Shown: one piece after another, positions 20,359 through 30,255 of the stretch
Layout of the letters: each line of letters opens with the position of its first letter
Numbering within the stretch: position 1 is the first letter of the stretch
IMG/VR virus record: IMGVR_UViG_3300050491_000011
From: a virus
Lineage: Duplodnaviria; Caudoviricetes
Length of the DNA: 64,000 nt
Reading direction: 5' to 3' (one strand)
Program-made: the position numbers and the translations under genes
The notes under the pieces: model-generated
The model's database searches: none
What the model saw: only the letters and a program-made list of their open reading frames with translations
Told to the model about the DNA's origin: nothing

Positions 20359-21696
20359 ATGAGCAAATCTCTGCACGCAGCCCTTCTTCAATACGGCGTC
20401 GAATCCGGCGAGATCGAGCCAGAAGAAGTGATCTACCCGGCCGGTGAAGAAGAAATCACCGTCATCACCGACGAAACCATGTCGGACCTGGAAGAAGCCG
20501 TTGCCGAACTGGCCGACGACGTCGAAAAGGTTGAAGACCACGAAAACGGCGCCGAAAAGGTGATCGAGGCTGTTGAATCCCTGGAAGCCTACGTTGTTCA
20601 GTTCGAACGTCTGGGCGAAGCCGGCATCAGCATCAACACCACCGCGGCCAACTTCGCGCTGCAAGGCATCGTCGCTTCCCTGGAAGGCCGCAACATTCCT
20701 GCCGCCGTCTACAGCACCGAAGCCTTCGCGCTGCAAGAGTCGTTCGAAGCTGACGACAAAGAAGCCGACAAAGGTCCTGGCCTGCTGGGCAAGGGTAAAG
20801 CCCTGCTGACCAAGCTGTGGAACATGTTGAAAGCCGCTGCTGGCGCTGTGAAGCAAGCCATCATCGACTTCTTCGCCACCATGGGCAAATCCGCTGCCGC
20901 CATCAAGGCCGGCGGTGAGAAGCTGAAGCGTGTTGGCGCATCGATCAAAGACAGCAAAACTGTCTCCCTGAAAGGTGGCTCGTATAGCGCTCTGACCGTT
21001 GGCGGTTCGGTTGATCCGATCAAGGCAATGGGTGACGTTAATAGCGGCTACAAGACCGCTGTTGTTGACAACATCACCAAGCTGCGCATCGTGGTTAACC
21101 CACTGGTGAAAGCTCTGCGCAACCCAACTCCAGGCGGCGTCAAGTCGGCTGCTGAAGGTATCGACGTCAAGTCGCTGGCTTCCGCAAGCGCTTCCCTGCC
21201 AGGCGGCTTCGTTGCTCACTTCACCGTTGGTTCGGGTGAAGGCGTTGCAGCTCTGACCGGCACTACCTTCAAGATCGAGAAGACCAAAGGCGGCGAAGCT
21301 GCTAAGGACTTCAACGCTCTGTCCGGTGGTGACATCGTCAAGCTGGGTACTGCTGTTGTTGCCACTGCTGACCTGATGGTCAAAGCCAAGTCCGACGCTG
21401 ACGCCATCATCAAGTCGAACGACGAGCTGCTGTCGGCCGCTACCACCGCGATCAACGCTGCCAAGGACGACGAAGCTCAGGGCGCTGCTCGCGAGCTGCT
21501 GAAGACCGCTACCAAGCTGATGTCCGTTACCAAGGGCTTCGTACCTACCTACGTTCGCTACATGGCTACCACTGCCAAGGTTGCGTACAAAGCTGGTATG
21601 GCCTCGGCTTCGGCTCACGGCAAGAAAGACAAAGCTGAAGACGGCGCGGCTGATAAGCCAGCTGACCCAAAGCTGCTGAAAAACGAGGACAAGTAA
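20359..21696 (+). CDS. internal head protein (phiKZ gp93-like family) with acidic propeptide
   Basis: Strong SD; multiple S/A-x-E sites (SLE, STE, SFE); Ala/Lys-rich mature region. Confidence 0.7.
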   Translation: MSKSLHAALLQYGVESGEIEPEEVIYPAGEEEITVITDETMSDLEEAVAELADDVEKVEDHENGAEKVIEAVESLEAYVVQFERLGEAGISINTTAANFALQGIVASLEGRNIPAAVYSTEAFALQESFEADDKEADKGPGLLGKGKALLTKLWNMLKAAAGAVKQAIIDFFATMGKSAAAIKAGGEKLKRVGASIKDSKTVSLKGGSYSALTVGGSVDPIKAMGDVNSGYKTAVVDNITKLRIVVNPLVKALRNPTPGGVKSAAEGIDVKSLASASASLPGGFVAHFTVGSGEGVAALTGTTFKIEKTKGGEAAKDFNALSGGDIVKLGTAVVATADLMVKAKSDADAIIKSNDELLSAATTAINAAKDDEAQGAARELLKTATKLMSVTKGFVPTYVRYMATTAKVAYKAGMASASAHGKKDKAEDGAADKPADPKLLKNEDK

Positions 21697-21761
21697 AATC
21701 CGCCGAGGACGCTCCGGCGTCCGTCACCTCGAACGTTGAAAAGTTCGTTAAAGAAGGTGAC

Positions 21762-22034
21762 TTGGACCACATTCGTACAGCTCTACGTTTGGAGCTGAAC
21801 AATGCGAAGTTGTCCTCGAAGGATTTCGTTGAGATGGTTAAGTGGGTGAAGGCCAACGTCAAAGGGTTGTTCGTACCTTACGATGAAGGTTCCTTCGCCA
21901 GGGAGATGAAAGAGAGTAAGTCGGATTGGGACGAGGACTACTTCCATATGCAAGTAGTCTACCTGAAAACCAACTTCTCTGAAAAGCGTCTCCAACACCT
22001 CATCCGTGTTAACGAGCACTTGTCGAAGAAGTGA
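21762..22034 (+). CDS. small helical domain; possibly the -1 frameshift extension of the head protein
   Basis: Frame open from 21666 with no ATG/GTG/TTG until 21762; W.EDYF..Q..L.TNFS.KRL.HL pattern. Confidence 0.6.
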   Translation: MDHIRTALRLELNNAKLSSKDFVEMVKWVKANVKGLFVPYDEGSFAREMKESKSDWDEDYFHMQVVYLKTNFSEKRLQHLIRVNEHLSKK

Positions 22035-22048
22035 TCTAATCGCTTCTA

Positions 22049-22082
22049 GTATAGCGGGGGTGGAAACACCCCCGTTCTATGC
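22049..22082 (+). terminator. hairpin plus CTATG
   Basis: CGGGGGTG-GAAA-CACCCCCG-TTCTATG. Confidence 0.65.
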
Positions 22083-22142
22083 CGCGTTTATGATATAGCT
22101 TCCGCTATCAACACCATCCTACTTGTGCAACGGGTGATAACA

Positions 22143-23450
22143 ATGACACGGTTCTCCGACGAATTCAAACAGTCGATGCTTGGCGACGGTTCTTTCGAAT
22201 CCGCCATCGTCGATGAAAGCGCTTACCAAGAAACAGGCATCACTCCTGAGCTGGTTATCCAGACTCAAGAAGAACGTGCAGAGCTCGCTGATGCTCTGGA
22301 TCAGGTTGATGAAATCGGTGATGACCGTAAAGACATCGACGCTGCCGCTGCTGTAACTGACGCTGTTGTATCGGCAGTAAGCGCTGCTGAAACCATGCCC
22401 GCTGCTGCATCGGAAACCTTCGCTGAGATTGCGAACGTAACCATCGCTTCGGCTGCTCAAGTGCTGGACATGGAAATGCCTCGTCTCGAGACTGATCCAC
22501 ACACCGGCGCTATCACCGAAGCATCCATGGAAAGCTTCAGCAGCTGGTTCTCCGGCGCTGCCAAGTCCTTCATGGAAGCCAGTGCGAACTTCTTTGCTCG
22601 TATCGGTCTGGGTATCTCCCGTCTGAACGACAGCTCCCAAGGTCTGACTAAGCGCTGCATGCGCGTTCGTACCGTGATGGGTGATCGTAAAGGCAACGGC
22701 GGTAAGCCAATCAAGCTGAGCTCCGGCGTGCAGCGCCATCTGGTGCTGGGTGATGGTTATGCCTCCAGTCCTATCGAAGCTCTCACCGAGTTCTCGGTTA
22801 CCAACATCAGCGTTACTCGTGTAATCAACGAGTACCACAAGCGTCTGGGTGATCTGATCAAGGATCGTATCTTCGCAGCTGTTGCGTCTGGTCAGAAGAA
22901 CGACATCTTCGTTGACCTGAAGAGTTCCGACCTGCTGGAAGATCTCGAGAAGATCCTCGGCCGTCAGCCGAAGAACCTGATGGGTAACCAGATCTACGGG
23001 TTCAACGATCGCCCTGTCAACAAGGTGCTGACCGTAACCCTGCAATCGGGCATGCCTAACGCCATCGACCTGATCCGTCACCTCGATGCTCCGAACTCTC
23101 TGAGCAACGAACAGATCAGCGCGATGCTGGGTTCTCTGGAAGGTTTGATCGCTGAGCAACTGATTGCTCTCGAGAAGATCACCAGTCAGTCCAAGGCTTC
23201 GTTCAAGTCCCTGCAAGACGTGATCAAGAAGTTCAACGGCATGGCTGAAGAAGCTGAGATCGCTCAGCTCAAAGCCGGCGGCGCTGAAGCACCTGTTGCC
23301 ATCAACTCGATGGAACTGCTGCGCGTCGAGAACCAACTGGTTTCCGAACTCGGCCGCGTCTGCGACCGTCTGGTTGATTACCAGCGTGACATGATCGACC
23401 GTATCGACTCGTTGTTGACTTTGGTCGAAGAGTCGGTCTTCCAAGACTGA
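22143..23450 (+). CDS. internal head protein paralog
   Basis: GSFES and ASMES cleavage-type sites, acidic propeptide. Confidence 0.65.
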   Translation: MTRFSDEFKQSMLGDGSFESAIVDESAYQETGITPELVIQTQEERAELADALDQVDEIGDDRKDIDAAAAVTDAVVSAVSAAETMPAAASETFAEIANVTIASAAQVLDMEMPRLETDPHTGAITEASMESFSSWFSGAAKSFMEASANFFARIGLGISRLNDSSQGLTKRCMRVRTVMGDRKGNGGKPIKLSSGVQRHLVLGDGYASSPIEALTEFSVTNISVTRVINEYHKRLGDLIKDRIFAAVASGQKNDIFVDLKSSDLLEDLEKILGRQPKNLMGNQIYGFNDRPVNKVLTVTLQSGMPNAIDLIRHLDAPNSLSNEQISAMLGSLEGLIAEQLIALEKITSQSKASFKSLQDVIKKFNGMAEEAEIAQLKAGGAEAPVAINSMELLRVENQLVSELGRVCDRLVDYQRDMIDRIDSLLTLVEESVFQD

Positions 23451-23462
23451 TCTCACTGACCT

Positions 23463-23496
23463 GCGTGGGGAGGGGTCAGCCCCTCCCTTCGTATGC
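23463..23496 (+). terminator. hairpin plus GTATG
   Basis: GGGAGGGG-TCAG-CCCCTCCC-TTCGTATG. Confidence 0.6.
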
Positions 23497-23518
23497 CGCT
23501 TATTCAAGGTGCTAGACC

Positions 23519-25282
23519 ATGCCTAAAATCACAGTGGAGCTGGCTTCTAACTACGAGAACATCACACGCCCTGTTGCGATGTCGATCGCTCGTGACGTGA
23601 TGAAGCTTTGCAACATCGATCCTAATACTCCTCTGTACATGCCGGGTGAGTTCGACCAGATTAATCAGGCTGGTACTACTCTAGACGGTGAAGCCCCGAT
23701 GTCTTTTGGTGGTAACCAGAAGATCAAGGTGGTCGTCGAAGAAACCCTTCGTAATGAATCGGTCATGCAGCAGGTCATTAAGCAAAATGAAATGCCTGCA
23801 ATGTTTGAAGACAGGAGGTTGGGTATCAGTATCCGTCCTGTCTACATGCAGTCTGACCTGACTCTTACTTTCCAGTACACTTGCGCTAGCCGTCAGCAAG
23901 CCAAGAAGTGGCAGGATGGGTTTGCAGCTCGACGTGCAGAGAACCGTACTTCGACCTCTCATCAGATCGAATACGAGATCCCAATTCAAGAAGGTGTGTT
24001 AGCGTTGCTTGCGCACTTGCATTCGTTGAGGGAGAAGATTGCCGGATATGGCGAGACAGTAGCTGAGTGGTTCAAGTCGTGTCAAAGACGACCGTTCCAA
24101 TTACTCGCTACTCAAGACAAGGACATGAAGAAGTCCATGGTGTCTGTTCCTGAGACTCAGGTTCAGATTACGGGGTGGTGGGATTTCACTGACATTCCGA
24201 AGGAGCAGAAGAACGGTGACACCAGTACGTGGAACATTGAGTTCTCGTATCGCGTCATGTATCACCGCTGCACTCATCTGTACCTTGTCTATCCACTGGT
24301 AGTTCACCAGTCGCACATCTCTCGGAACTACTTCGATTCTAAGCCTCGGTTCAGTCTTGAAGATCTCCCCAAGGAAAGTGCTATCGGTATCCGTGCGCTG
24401 GACTACATGGATCATTACGTCGATTCGTTCCCACAACCGGCGGATGGTCTGCGTTACCCGACGTACGATGAATGGATTCCGGGAAAGGCTCAGCAGCCTC
24501 CGAAGAGTATTCCCGCTGCAAGTTGGATGCTCTCGCTTGATCCGAAAGATCCTCAGAAGATCGGCAACCTTACTCAACTACCCGATATCCGTTTCACTAA
24601 AGAGATGGATACGTACATGCGTGCAAACTACGCAGGTCTGGGTAAGCGGGGACAGGCAACGGTTCTGTTCACGATCTATCAAGACGACACGCCAATGGGT
24701 GAGTCGTGGATCGAGATCGATAAGGATCTGAACATCAGAGCGACCGACGTTCTGGATCTGCGTAAGCAGTACCACTTGCGGATGTCTTTCCCGACGTACT
24801 ATCCGAAGTTCACCAAAGACGCTGTAAGGCAGATGCAGCTCAACAGCATGGCCACACTGCAAGTCTTCCAGTCAATCCTCCCACGATTGAACGTGGAGTA
24901 CGCCAAGGCCATCTTCCTTGATGACCAGTATCTCCCGATCGATTACATCGTCTGGTTCTACAAGTACCTGCAAGATCACGGCCTCGGTTACAACAACGAC
25001 GGTGGTGGCAATCAGGATAACGGTGGGGCTTCTGGTGGCGGACACGTCAATACCGGCACTGGTGTTCCGGGTTACGTGGGTGGTCCTGGTGGTAATCACA
25101 ACGGTGATGGATCTAACGGTTCTGGCAGTAACGGTCACACCGGCGGTAACATCGGCAATGGTGGTGATCGTGATCCGGGGGTTCCTTATCCTGACGATTG
25201 GACCAACGGTGGCGTCTGGACTAAACGCAGCATGAGTGGTGCGCGTTACGTGCAGTTCCTGTACATCGTCCATAAGAAGTAA
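23519..25282 (+). CDS. virion structural protein with Gly/Asn-rich segment
   Basis: 587-aa ORF in structural cluster. Confidence 0.55.
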   Translation: MPKITVELASNYENITRPVAMSIARDVMKLCNIDPNTPLYMPGEFDQINQAGTTLDGEAPMSFGGNQKIKVVVEETLRNESVMQQVIKQNEMPAMFEDRRLGISIRPVYMQSDLTLTFQYTCASRQQAKKWQDGFAARRAENRTSTSHQIEYEIPIQEGVLALLAHLHSLREKIAGYGETVAEWFKSCQRRPFQLLATQDKDMKKSMVSVPETQVQITGWWDFTDIPKEQKNGDTSTWNIEFSYRVMYHRCTHLYLVYPLVVHQSHISRNYFDSKPRFSLEDLPKESAIGIRALDYMDHYVDSFPQPADGLRYPTYDEWIPGKAQQPPKSIPAASWMLSLDPKDPQKIGNLTQLPDIRFTKEMDTYMRANYAGLGKRGQATVLFTIYQDDTPMGESWIEIDKDLNIRATDVLDLRKQYHLRMSFPTYYPKFTKDAVRQMQLNSMATLQVFQSILPRLNVEYAKAIFLDDQYLPIDYIVWFYKYLQDHGLGYNNDGGGNQDNGGASGGGHVNTGTGVPGYVGGPGGNHNGDGSNGSGSNGHTGGNIGNGGDRDPGVPYPDDWTNGGVWTKRSMSGARYVQFLYIVHKK

Positions 25283-25291
25283 TCGGTTATG

Positions 25292-25323
25292 GAGAGTGGG
25301 GTAATCCCACTCTCTTTTATTTT
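25292..25323 (+). terminator. intrinsic terminator
   Basis: GAGAGTGGG-GTAAT-CCCACTCTC plus T-rich tail. Confidence 0.7.
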
Positions 25324-25337
25324 GTTGGAGGACCATC

Positions 25338-26696
25338 ATGTCGTTTATTGAAATCCCGGACGAAGTTCCGGTAGTGAAACCGAATCTTAAGATCGCTGAT
25401 TCTACTTATCACGGTCAAGTCGTAGAAACCCGTAAACAGGACTTCTTCTCGCTGGCCACTTTTGGCTCTGGCATGAAGATGGCTTGCGACTATTACTCGC
25501 AGGTTGCAGGTAAGGATAACGCAGCGGCATCTTACCAAGATGACCTACCGCCAGTCTTTGGCCAATACCACCTCGTCCGCGGCTTTGAGCTGATCATCAC
25601 CACGCCTCTGTCTCACCAACAGAACAACGATGGCGCAGGGGAATGGGTATCGACTGGCTCCGGTACTGTCTACAGCTGTATCACGCCACAGAACGGCGAG
25701 ATGTTCATTGCCGACATCGGTAACGGACAGGAAGCATTCTTCCAAGTCAACAACCCGCGTCGTCAGGGCATCTATCCTGAATCCCCAACCGAGATCGATT
25801 TCAAGATCACGTTCCCTGCAACCAAGGAGCTGATCGAGCGTCTCAATAAGTACCGCGTAGTTGAGACCTTCTACTTCCATCGTGAGAACTATCGCAATGG
25901 CGTGAAGTGTCTGCTGCGTCGTGAAGAGGTAGATATCAACCGCCGTCTGGTTGATGCGTTCCGTCGGATGGTTCCTCTGTACTTCCGTGACTTCTTCGCC
26001 GATCGCTTCAACACCTTCTTGGTGCCGGGTCAGCTCACCAGCACTTACGATCCGAACGTCGTCAAGTTCCTGAAGTCGATCCTCGGGACTGAGCATCATC
26101 ACCTGATGAACACGCTCACAGAACTCGGCGTAGCACATGACGTATATTCTAACCAGATTACGTTATTTGATGTAATTGCTAAGCGTGACTACAACCTCCT
26201 GTACAGCGCCTCACGCCATCTTCAGGTCGCACACGTTGAACGCATGCGCCAACACGCTCTCATGCGCTCTATCGTCTTCAGCGGCGTTAAACAGATGCTT
26301 ATCGCGGTTGATGTCGCTAATAGCAACAACAATCCGATCTGCCCACCGGGCGCGTGGGGTCAATTGCAGGACGGTGGTGTACGTCAGCCAAACATGCGCT
26401 CGATTCTTCCTAACTTGGATCTGACTGATCCTGCCCCAGCTGGTCCGCCAGTAACTGAATTGGTCAAGCCTATCTTGGTTGACGACTTCTACGTTCTGAG
26501 CCAGCAGTTCTACGACGATGTTCCTGGGCAGAGCAAGTTGGAAGTTCTGGTTGGACAGACCCTGCGTGGTCAGGCAATCGATCTGGAAGTGTTGGCCGAC
26601 GTGGCTGATGCATCCATCAAGTTCGATAACCTCGAGCGGTTCTATTACACGCCGATCATTCTGGCTCTCATCAAGATGGCCTCAGGTGTACTCTAA
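25338..26696 (+). CDS. virion structural protein (possible neck/head-closure protein)
   Basis: 452 aa; GGAGG SD; beta-rich N-terminal domain; structural cluster. Confidence 0.45.
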   Translation: MSFIEIPDEVPVVKPNLKIADSTYHGQVVETRKQDFFSLATFGSGMKMACDYYSQVAGKDNAAASYQDDLPPVFGQYHLVRGFELIITTPLSHQQNNDGAGEWVSTGSGTVYSCITPQNGEMFIADIGNGQEAFFQVNNPRRQGIYPESPTEIDFKITFPATKELIERLNKYRVVETFYFHRENYRNGVKCLLRREEVDINRRLVDAFRRMVPLYFRDFFADRFNTFLVPGQLTSTYDPNVVKFLKSILGTEHHHLMNTLTELGVAHDVYSNQITLFDVIAKRDYNLLYSASRHLQVAHVERMRQHALMRSIVFSGVKQMLIAVDVANSNNNPICPPGAWGQLQDGGVRQPNMRSILPNLDLTDPAPAGPPVTELVKPILVDDFYVLSQQFYDDVPGQSKLEVLVGQTLRGQAIDLEVLADVADASIKFDNLERFYYTPIILALIKMASGVL

Positions 26697-27319
26697 TGAG
26701 ATCACAACCGATTTCCAAGTCTGCGAACTTCAGGTTCTCAGCGGATACCGTGCATGATACCGACGATACGTCGTTCCTGATCTTCAACAAGCAGGCGCTT
26801 CATCTGTACGAGATCGACTACAGTCACTTCAAGGCCATGAACGGAATCCTGAACCAACCTATCGTTGGCCGGTATACCGAACGTGAGATGGATAACCTGA
26901 CGAAGGAGATGGTTCCTACGGCGAGTTGTATCTGGGATATGGTTAAGCAGTTTCTGGACGGAGCCCACATTCGGATTCCCTGCCCAAAGACAGCTGCGCT
27001 TATCTACAAGACGATTGCTCGTCACGTTGAGGCTCACCTACTGGCTATGCGAACTATCAAGATGTACGAGGCTCCAGATCCTGAGGACTTCCGTGCATTG
27101 ACAGAGTTCGCTGTCGGCATTCGCACCAACGCCATGCGTAGCGATCTTGACATCGACGGCAAGCAGGCTCAAGGCATCAACCGTACTCAGCTCCCAGTCC
27201 GTGCGTCGTTCAGTCGTCAAACGGTTACTGAGGACCTTGAGAAGAAGCCTGACATTCCAAGAGTGATGCAGAAGATGGACTGCATCGATCGGTATCTGGA
27301 GTCGATAGGTGGCCGTTGA
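26696..27319 (+). CDS. conserved hypothetical protein
   Basis: Coupled ORF. Confidence 0.65.
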   Translation: MRSQPISKSANFRFSADTVHDTDDTSFLIFNKQALHLYEIDYSHFKAMNGILNQPIVGRYTEREMDNLTKEMVPTASCIWDMVKQFLDGAHIRIPCPKTAALIYKTIARHVEAHLLAMRTIKMYEAPDPEDFRALTEFAVGIRTNAMRSDLDIDGKQAQGINRTQLPVRASFSRQTVTEDLEKKPDIPRVMQKMDCIDRYLESIGGR

Positions 27320-28724
27320 ATTAGATTCCTCGCCGATTGCCCAAGAGCTCGCCCTCATCGTTAAGGAAGGTGGTAGTCCTTACTTCTTGTTCGCAGTGAC
27401 CATCCACTGTGGCGGTAAAGACATTGCCCCTCACCAAGTGTTGAGGTTCGACGTTGGGCGCAACTACCGTGGCGCTTACACGGATGACCTATCTATCGTG
27501 CTGGCGCTTGGCGCCGGTACATTGATGAACGACATTGGTCCGTATCAAGACGACATCAAGATCACCATCAACATCTCCAATGCTGATACAACCGGTACGC
27601 AGAAGACCGATCAAGCGGTGATGTCCAGAACGTACGTCGCGTATCTGGGTGATGAGATCCCACGTCCATCCGATACAGCGTATAACCCATCGTTGCAGGA
27701 TACCGAGACAGCTAACCGCAGCTCTATCAAGAACACGACGTTTGTGTTGGAGATGGCAGCCGTTAGTCAGTTGAGGAAGCAAAGCCTCGGAACGATCGGT
27801 AAAGCATGCCCTCCTTACGAGCTCATGCGTACGCTGATGACGAAAGCGTGTCAAGCGTTGAAGTTGGGTAAGGATGAAGTCATCGACAAGTTCGATATGA
27901 CCGAGGCCAACAACCAGACTCCTCGTGACCACGTCATCGTTCCGGATAACACGCCTGTCTTGGAGATCCCTGATTACATCCAGAACAAGTCTGGTGGGAT
28001 TTACTCGACAGGTCTTGGGTTCTATATCCAAGGACAATGTCTGTTCACTTGGCCGATGTACGATACCACCCGTCAAGACTCCGCTAAGCGAGTGTTGCAG
28101 GTTGTGATGGCTCCTAGTCGTCACTCTGCTGTTCTCGATAAAACGTGGCGTGACGGTGGGCGGATGATCAGCATTTACTCGGCTGGTGTTTCTAAGATCC
28201 TCGACGATTCATTGGGTCAGCTGAACATCGGGGGTAACGCCGTTCGTTACACCAACGCTAACCAGTTGGTAGACGGTGGTCCTGTAGTTGCCGGTAACAA
28301 GATGACAGCCAGTCGTACAACCAACAACCAAGAGTTCTCGACAACGGTTGTGGGTAACGGTCAGAACCTCGCTAAAGCCGCTGGATCGAAAGTAACCGAT
28401 AACGTGTACTTGGAGGCCAGCAAGCTGGCGAAACGTTCAGGTGCGATGATGGTGATCCCTTGGAAGCGAAGTAATCCAGAGCTCATCACTCCGGGTATGG
28501 CTACCGAGATCAATTACGATCATGATGGCATTATCCGGACGATCGAAGGTACTGTGGTTTCATGCTACAGCTCTTACGAGTTGGAAGGTCAAGGCATGAA
28601 CGCTGGTCGGTGGTACGCTGCATCTGTAGTAACGGTCTTCATCGATCGGAATGATCCTGACTATATCGCTTACCTACAAGGTGGCGGTACGATCAGTGCT
28701 GTTCCAGAGATGGGTGAGATCTAA
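27309..28724 (+). CDS. virion structural protein (possible baseplate hub)
   Basis: 471 aa, beta-rich, last gene of structural cluster. Confidence 0.45.
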   Translation: MAVELDSSPIAQELALIVKEGGSPYFLFAVTIHCGGKDIAPHQVLRFDVGRNYRGAYTDDLSIVLALGAGTLMNDIGPYQDDIKITINISNADTTGTQKTDQAVMSRTYVAYLGDEIPRPSDTAYNPSLQDTETANRSSIKNTTFVLEMAAVSQLRKQSLGTIGKACPPYELMRTLMTKACQALKLGKDEVIDKFDMTEANNQTPRDHVIVPDNTPVLEIPDYIQNKSGGIYSTGLGFYIQGQCLFTWPMYDTTRQDSAKRVLQVVMAPSRHSAVLDKTWRDGGRMISIYSAGVSKILDDSLGQLNIGGNAVRYTNANQLVDGGPVVAGNKMTASRTTNNQEFSTTVVGNGQNLAKAAGSKVTDNVYLEASKLAKRSGAMMVIPWKRSNPELITPGMATEINYDHDGIIRTIEGTVVSCYSSYELEGQGMNAGRWYAASVVTVFIDRNDPDYIAYLQGGGTISAVPEMGEI

Positions 28725-28737
28725 CAATCGCTGAGTC

Positions 28738-28746
28738 ACACATTAC
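28738..28746 (+). promoter_or_regulatory. putative early promoter motif ACACATTAC
   Basis: One of six intergenic A(C/T)ACATTAC copies; resembles the phiKZ early TATTAC element. Confidence 0.55.
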
Positions 28747-28764
28747 CGACGTAGAATCTAATCA

Positions 28765-28791
28765 CCGGGGGAGTAATTCCCCGGCCTTTTT
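28765..28791 (+). terminator. intrinsic terminator
   Basis: CCGGGGGA-GTAA-TTCCCCGG plus T5. Confidence 0.6.
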
Positions 28792-28847
28792 CTGCATCGG
28801 TAAGAAGGAACCATTTTGAATGCATTCTAATTTCAAGGAACTTAACC

Positions 28848-29603
28848 ATGAACACTACTCTGTCCCCAGACAGACCTGTAGTTGAGAGGAATACAATACT
28901 CAACTTAATTGTCAGAACCGACAACGGCAAACAAGAGTACGGACTCTTCCTCGTCCTCGAAAGCTTTGATTATAACGACGCAATGGCAGAAGTTCGTATC
29001 GACGGCGCTGTGAAGTCCGAAGATGTATTCTCCAAGCTCACACGGCAGCTTGTGGAACGCAAAACGATCATGCCTGTTGAATCGTACACTTTGGATTTAG
29101 GAGAGCGTGGGCGAGCTTGTGGAGCCTTGAAGGATAGCTACCATCATCAGCTCAACGACTGGTCTAGCATGGCCAAGGTGTTGATGACTGAAGTTGAGAA
29201 ACATCACTTCGACTTCATGGGTCCTGAAGGACTCCTCCATCTACTCAAGGTCAATAACGGCCCGACGCTTGGACAGGTCTTCATCGAAATCAAAACGGGG
29301 AACTACGAATACACAACGCTGGACATCATCGGACCTGAAGGGGCTGACTACCCTGAAGACTTCAAAGGCATGATTCAGCGGGAGATCACACGTTTCCTCA
29401 GAGACAAGTACAGCGACGTTCCATTCGAGCTCATGGTTAGTATCCGCCAGTCGGATCTGTCCAAAGCTATCGAGGTGTTACATGTCGTCAAGTCAAGCTC
29501 TAATCACAGACATTTTCAAATCGGAGTTACTAAACGATTTAGACGGCCCGATGCTGGTGTCGTTGGCAATACAAGCGTGGCTCACCAATCACTTACTGGA
29601 TGA
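28848..29603 (+). CDS. hypothetical protein
   Basis: AAGGA SD, 251 aa. Confidence 0.7.
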   Translation: MNTTLSPDRPVVERNTILNLIVRTDNGKQEYGLFLVLESFDYNDAMAEVRIDGAVKSEDVFSKLTRQLVERKTIMPVESYTLDLGERGRACGALKDSYHHQLNDWSSMAKVLMTEVEKHHFDFMGPEGLLHLLKVNNGPTLGQVFIEIKTGNYEYTTLDIIGPEGADYPEDFKGMIQREITRFLRDKYSDVPFELMVSIRQSDLSKAIEVLHVVKSSSNHRHFQIGVTKRFRRPDAGVVGNTSVAHQSLTG

Positions 29604-29760
29604 CTTGCTTTACTCGTTTCAACTGAACAACATCACCTTCATTCAAACAGACCAATTCCTTCACTTATACGTTCGAGGACAAAGATTGAAAGTCCCACTC
29701 ATCAACTTCATTACAGGAGAACGCTATGGCCAAGCGGAGAACACCGGACGAGATCAGTAA
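29482..29760 (+). CDS. hypothetical protein
   Basis: GAGG SD; overlaps both neighbours substantially. Confidence 0.45.
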   Translation: MSSSQALITDIFKSELLNDLDGPMLVSLAIQAWLTNHLLDDLLYSFQLNNITFIQTDQFLHLYVRGQRLKVPLINFITGERYGQAENTGRDQ

Positions 29761-30202
29761 AGCCAAGGATGACATCATCACTACGCTTTCCATCGCGGCT
29801 CTCTCAGGGGCTGATAACGCCAAGATCCAACAGATCGCTTACTCGCTAATCGACAGAGCGCCAGGCGCTATGAAGAAAAGCTTCCTCCTTCCGTTGGCTC
29901 AGAGTGAAGAAGCTCTGGACATCGTGTTGGAAGAGATGTGCTTCCCTCAGACAGAGAAGTGGATCGGCACTGCCCGCATTAACGATTACGAATATGACAT
30001 CACCTTGAAGTGGACTGACACTTTGACGTATGTCCAATCCGAAGTCGTCGAACTCATCGCATCACAATTCCTTCAACGTGGTTTCACATCGGGTCGCCTT
30101 TACCTTCGCTTCACCCATCCTCAATACCGCTTCGAAGATAGCACCAGCGTCGACATGCAAACCTTCTGTGACCAAACACAGATGGGCTTGAAAGTTGCCT
30201 GA
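29726..30202 (+). CDS. hypothetical protein
   Basis: AGGAG SD, 158 aa. Confidence 0.7.
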   Translation: MAKRRTPDEISKAKDDIITTLSIAALSGADNAKIQQIAYSLIDRAPGAMKKSFLLPLAQSEEALDIVLEEMCFPQTEKWIGTARINDYEYDITLKWTDTLTYVQSEVVELIASQFLQRGFTSGRLYLRFTHPQYRFEDSTSVDMQTFCDQTQMGLKVA

Positions 30203-30207
30203 CACGA

Positions 30208-30253
30208 CATAAAGCCCGGCATTGCGCCGGGCTTTATGCTCACTCTTTTTTTT
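30208..30253. terminator. bidirectional terminator, near-copy of 1547-1592
   Basis: CATAAAGCCCGGC-ATTGC-GCCGGGCTTTATG plus T8. Confidence 0.8.
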
Positions 30254-30255
30254 GC

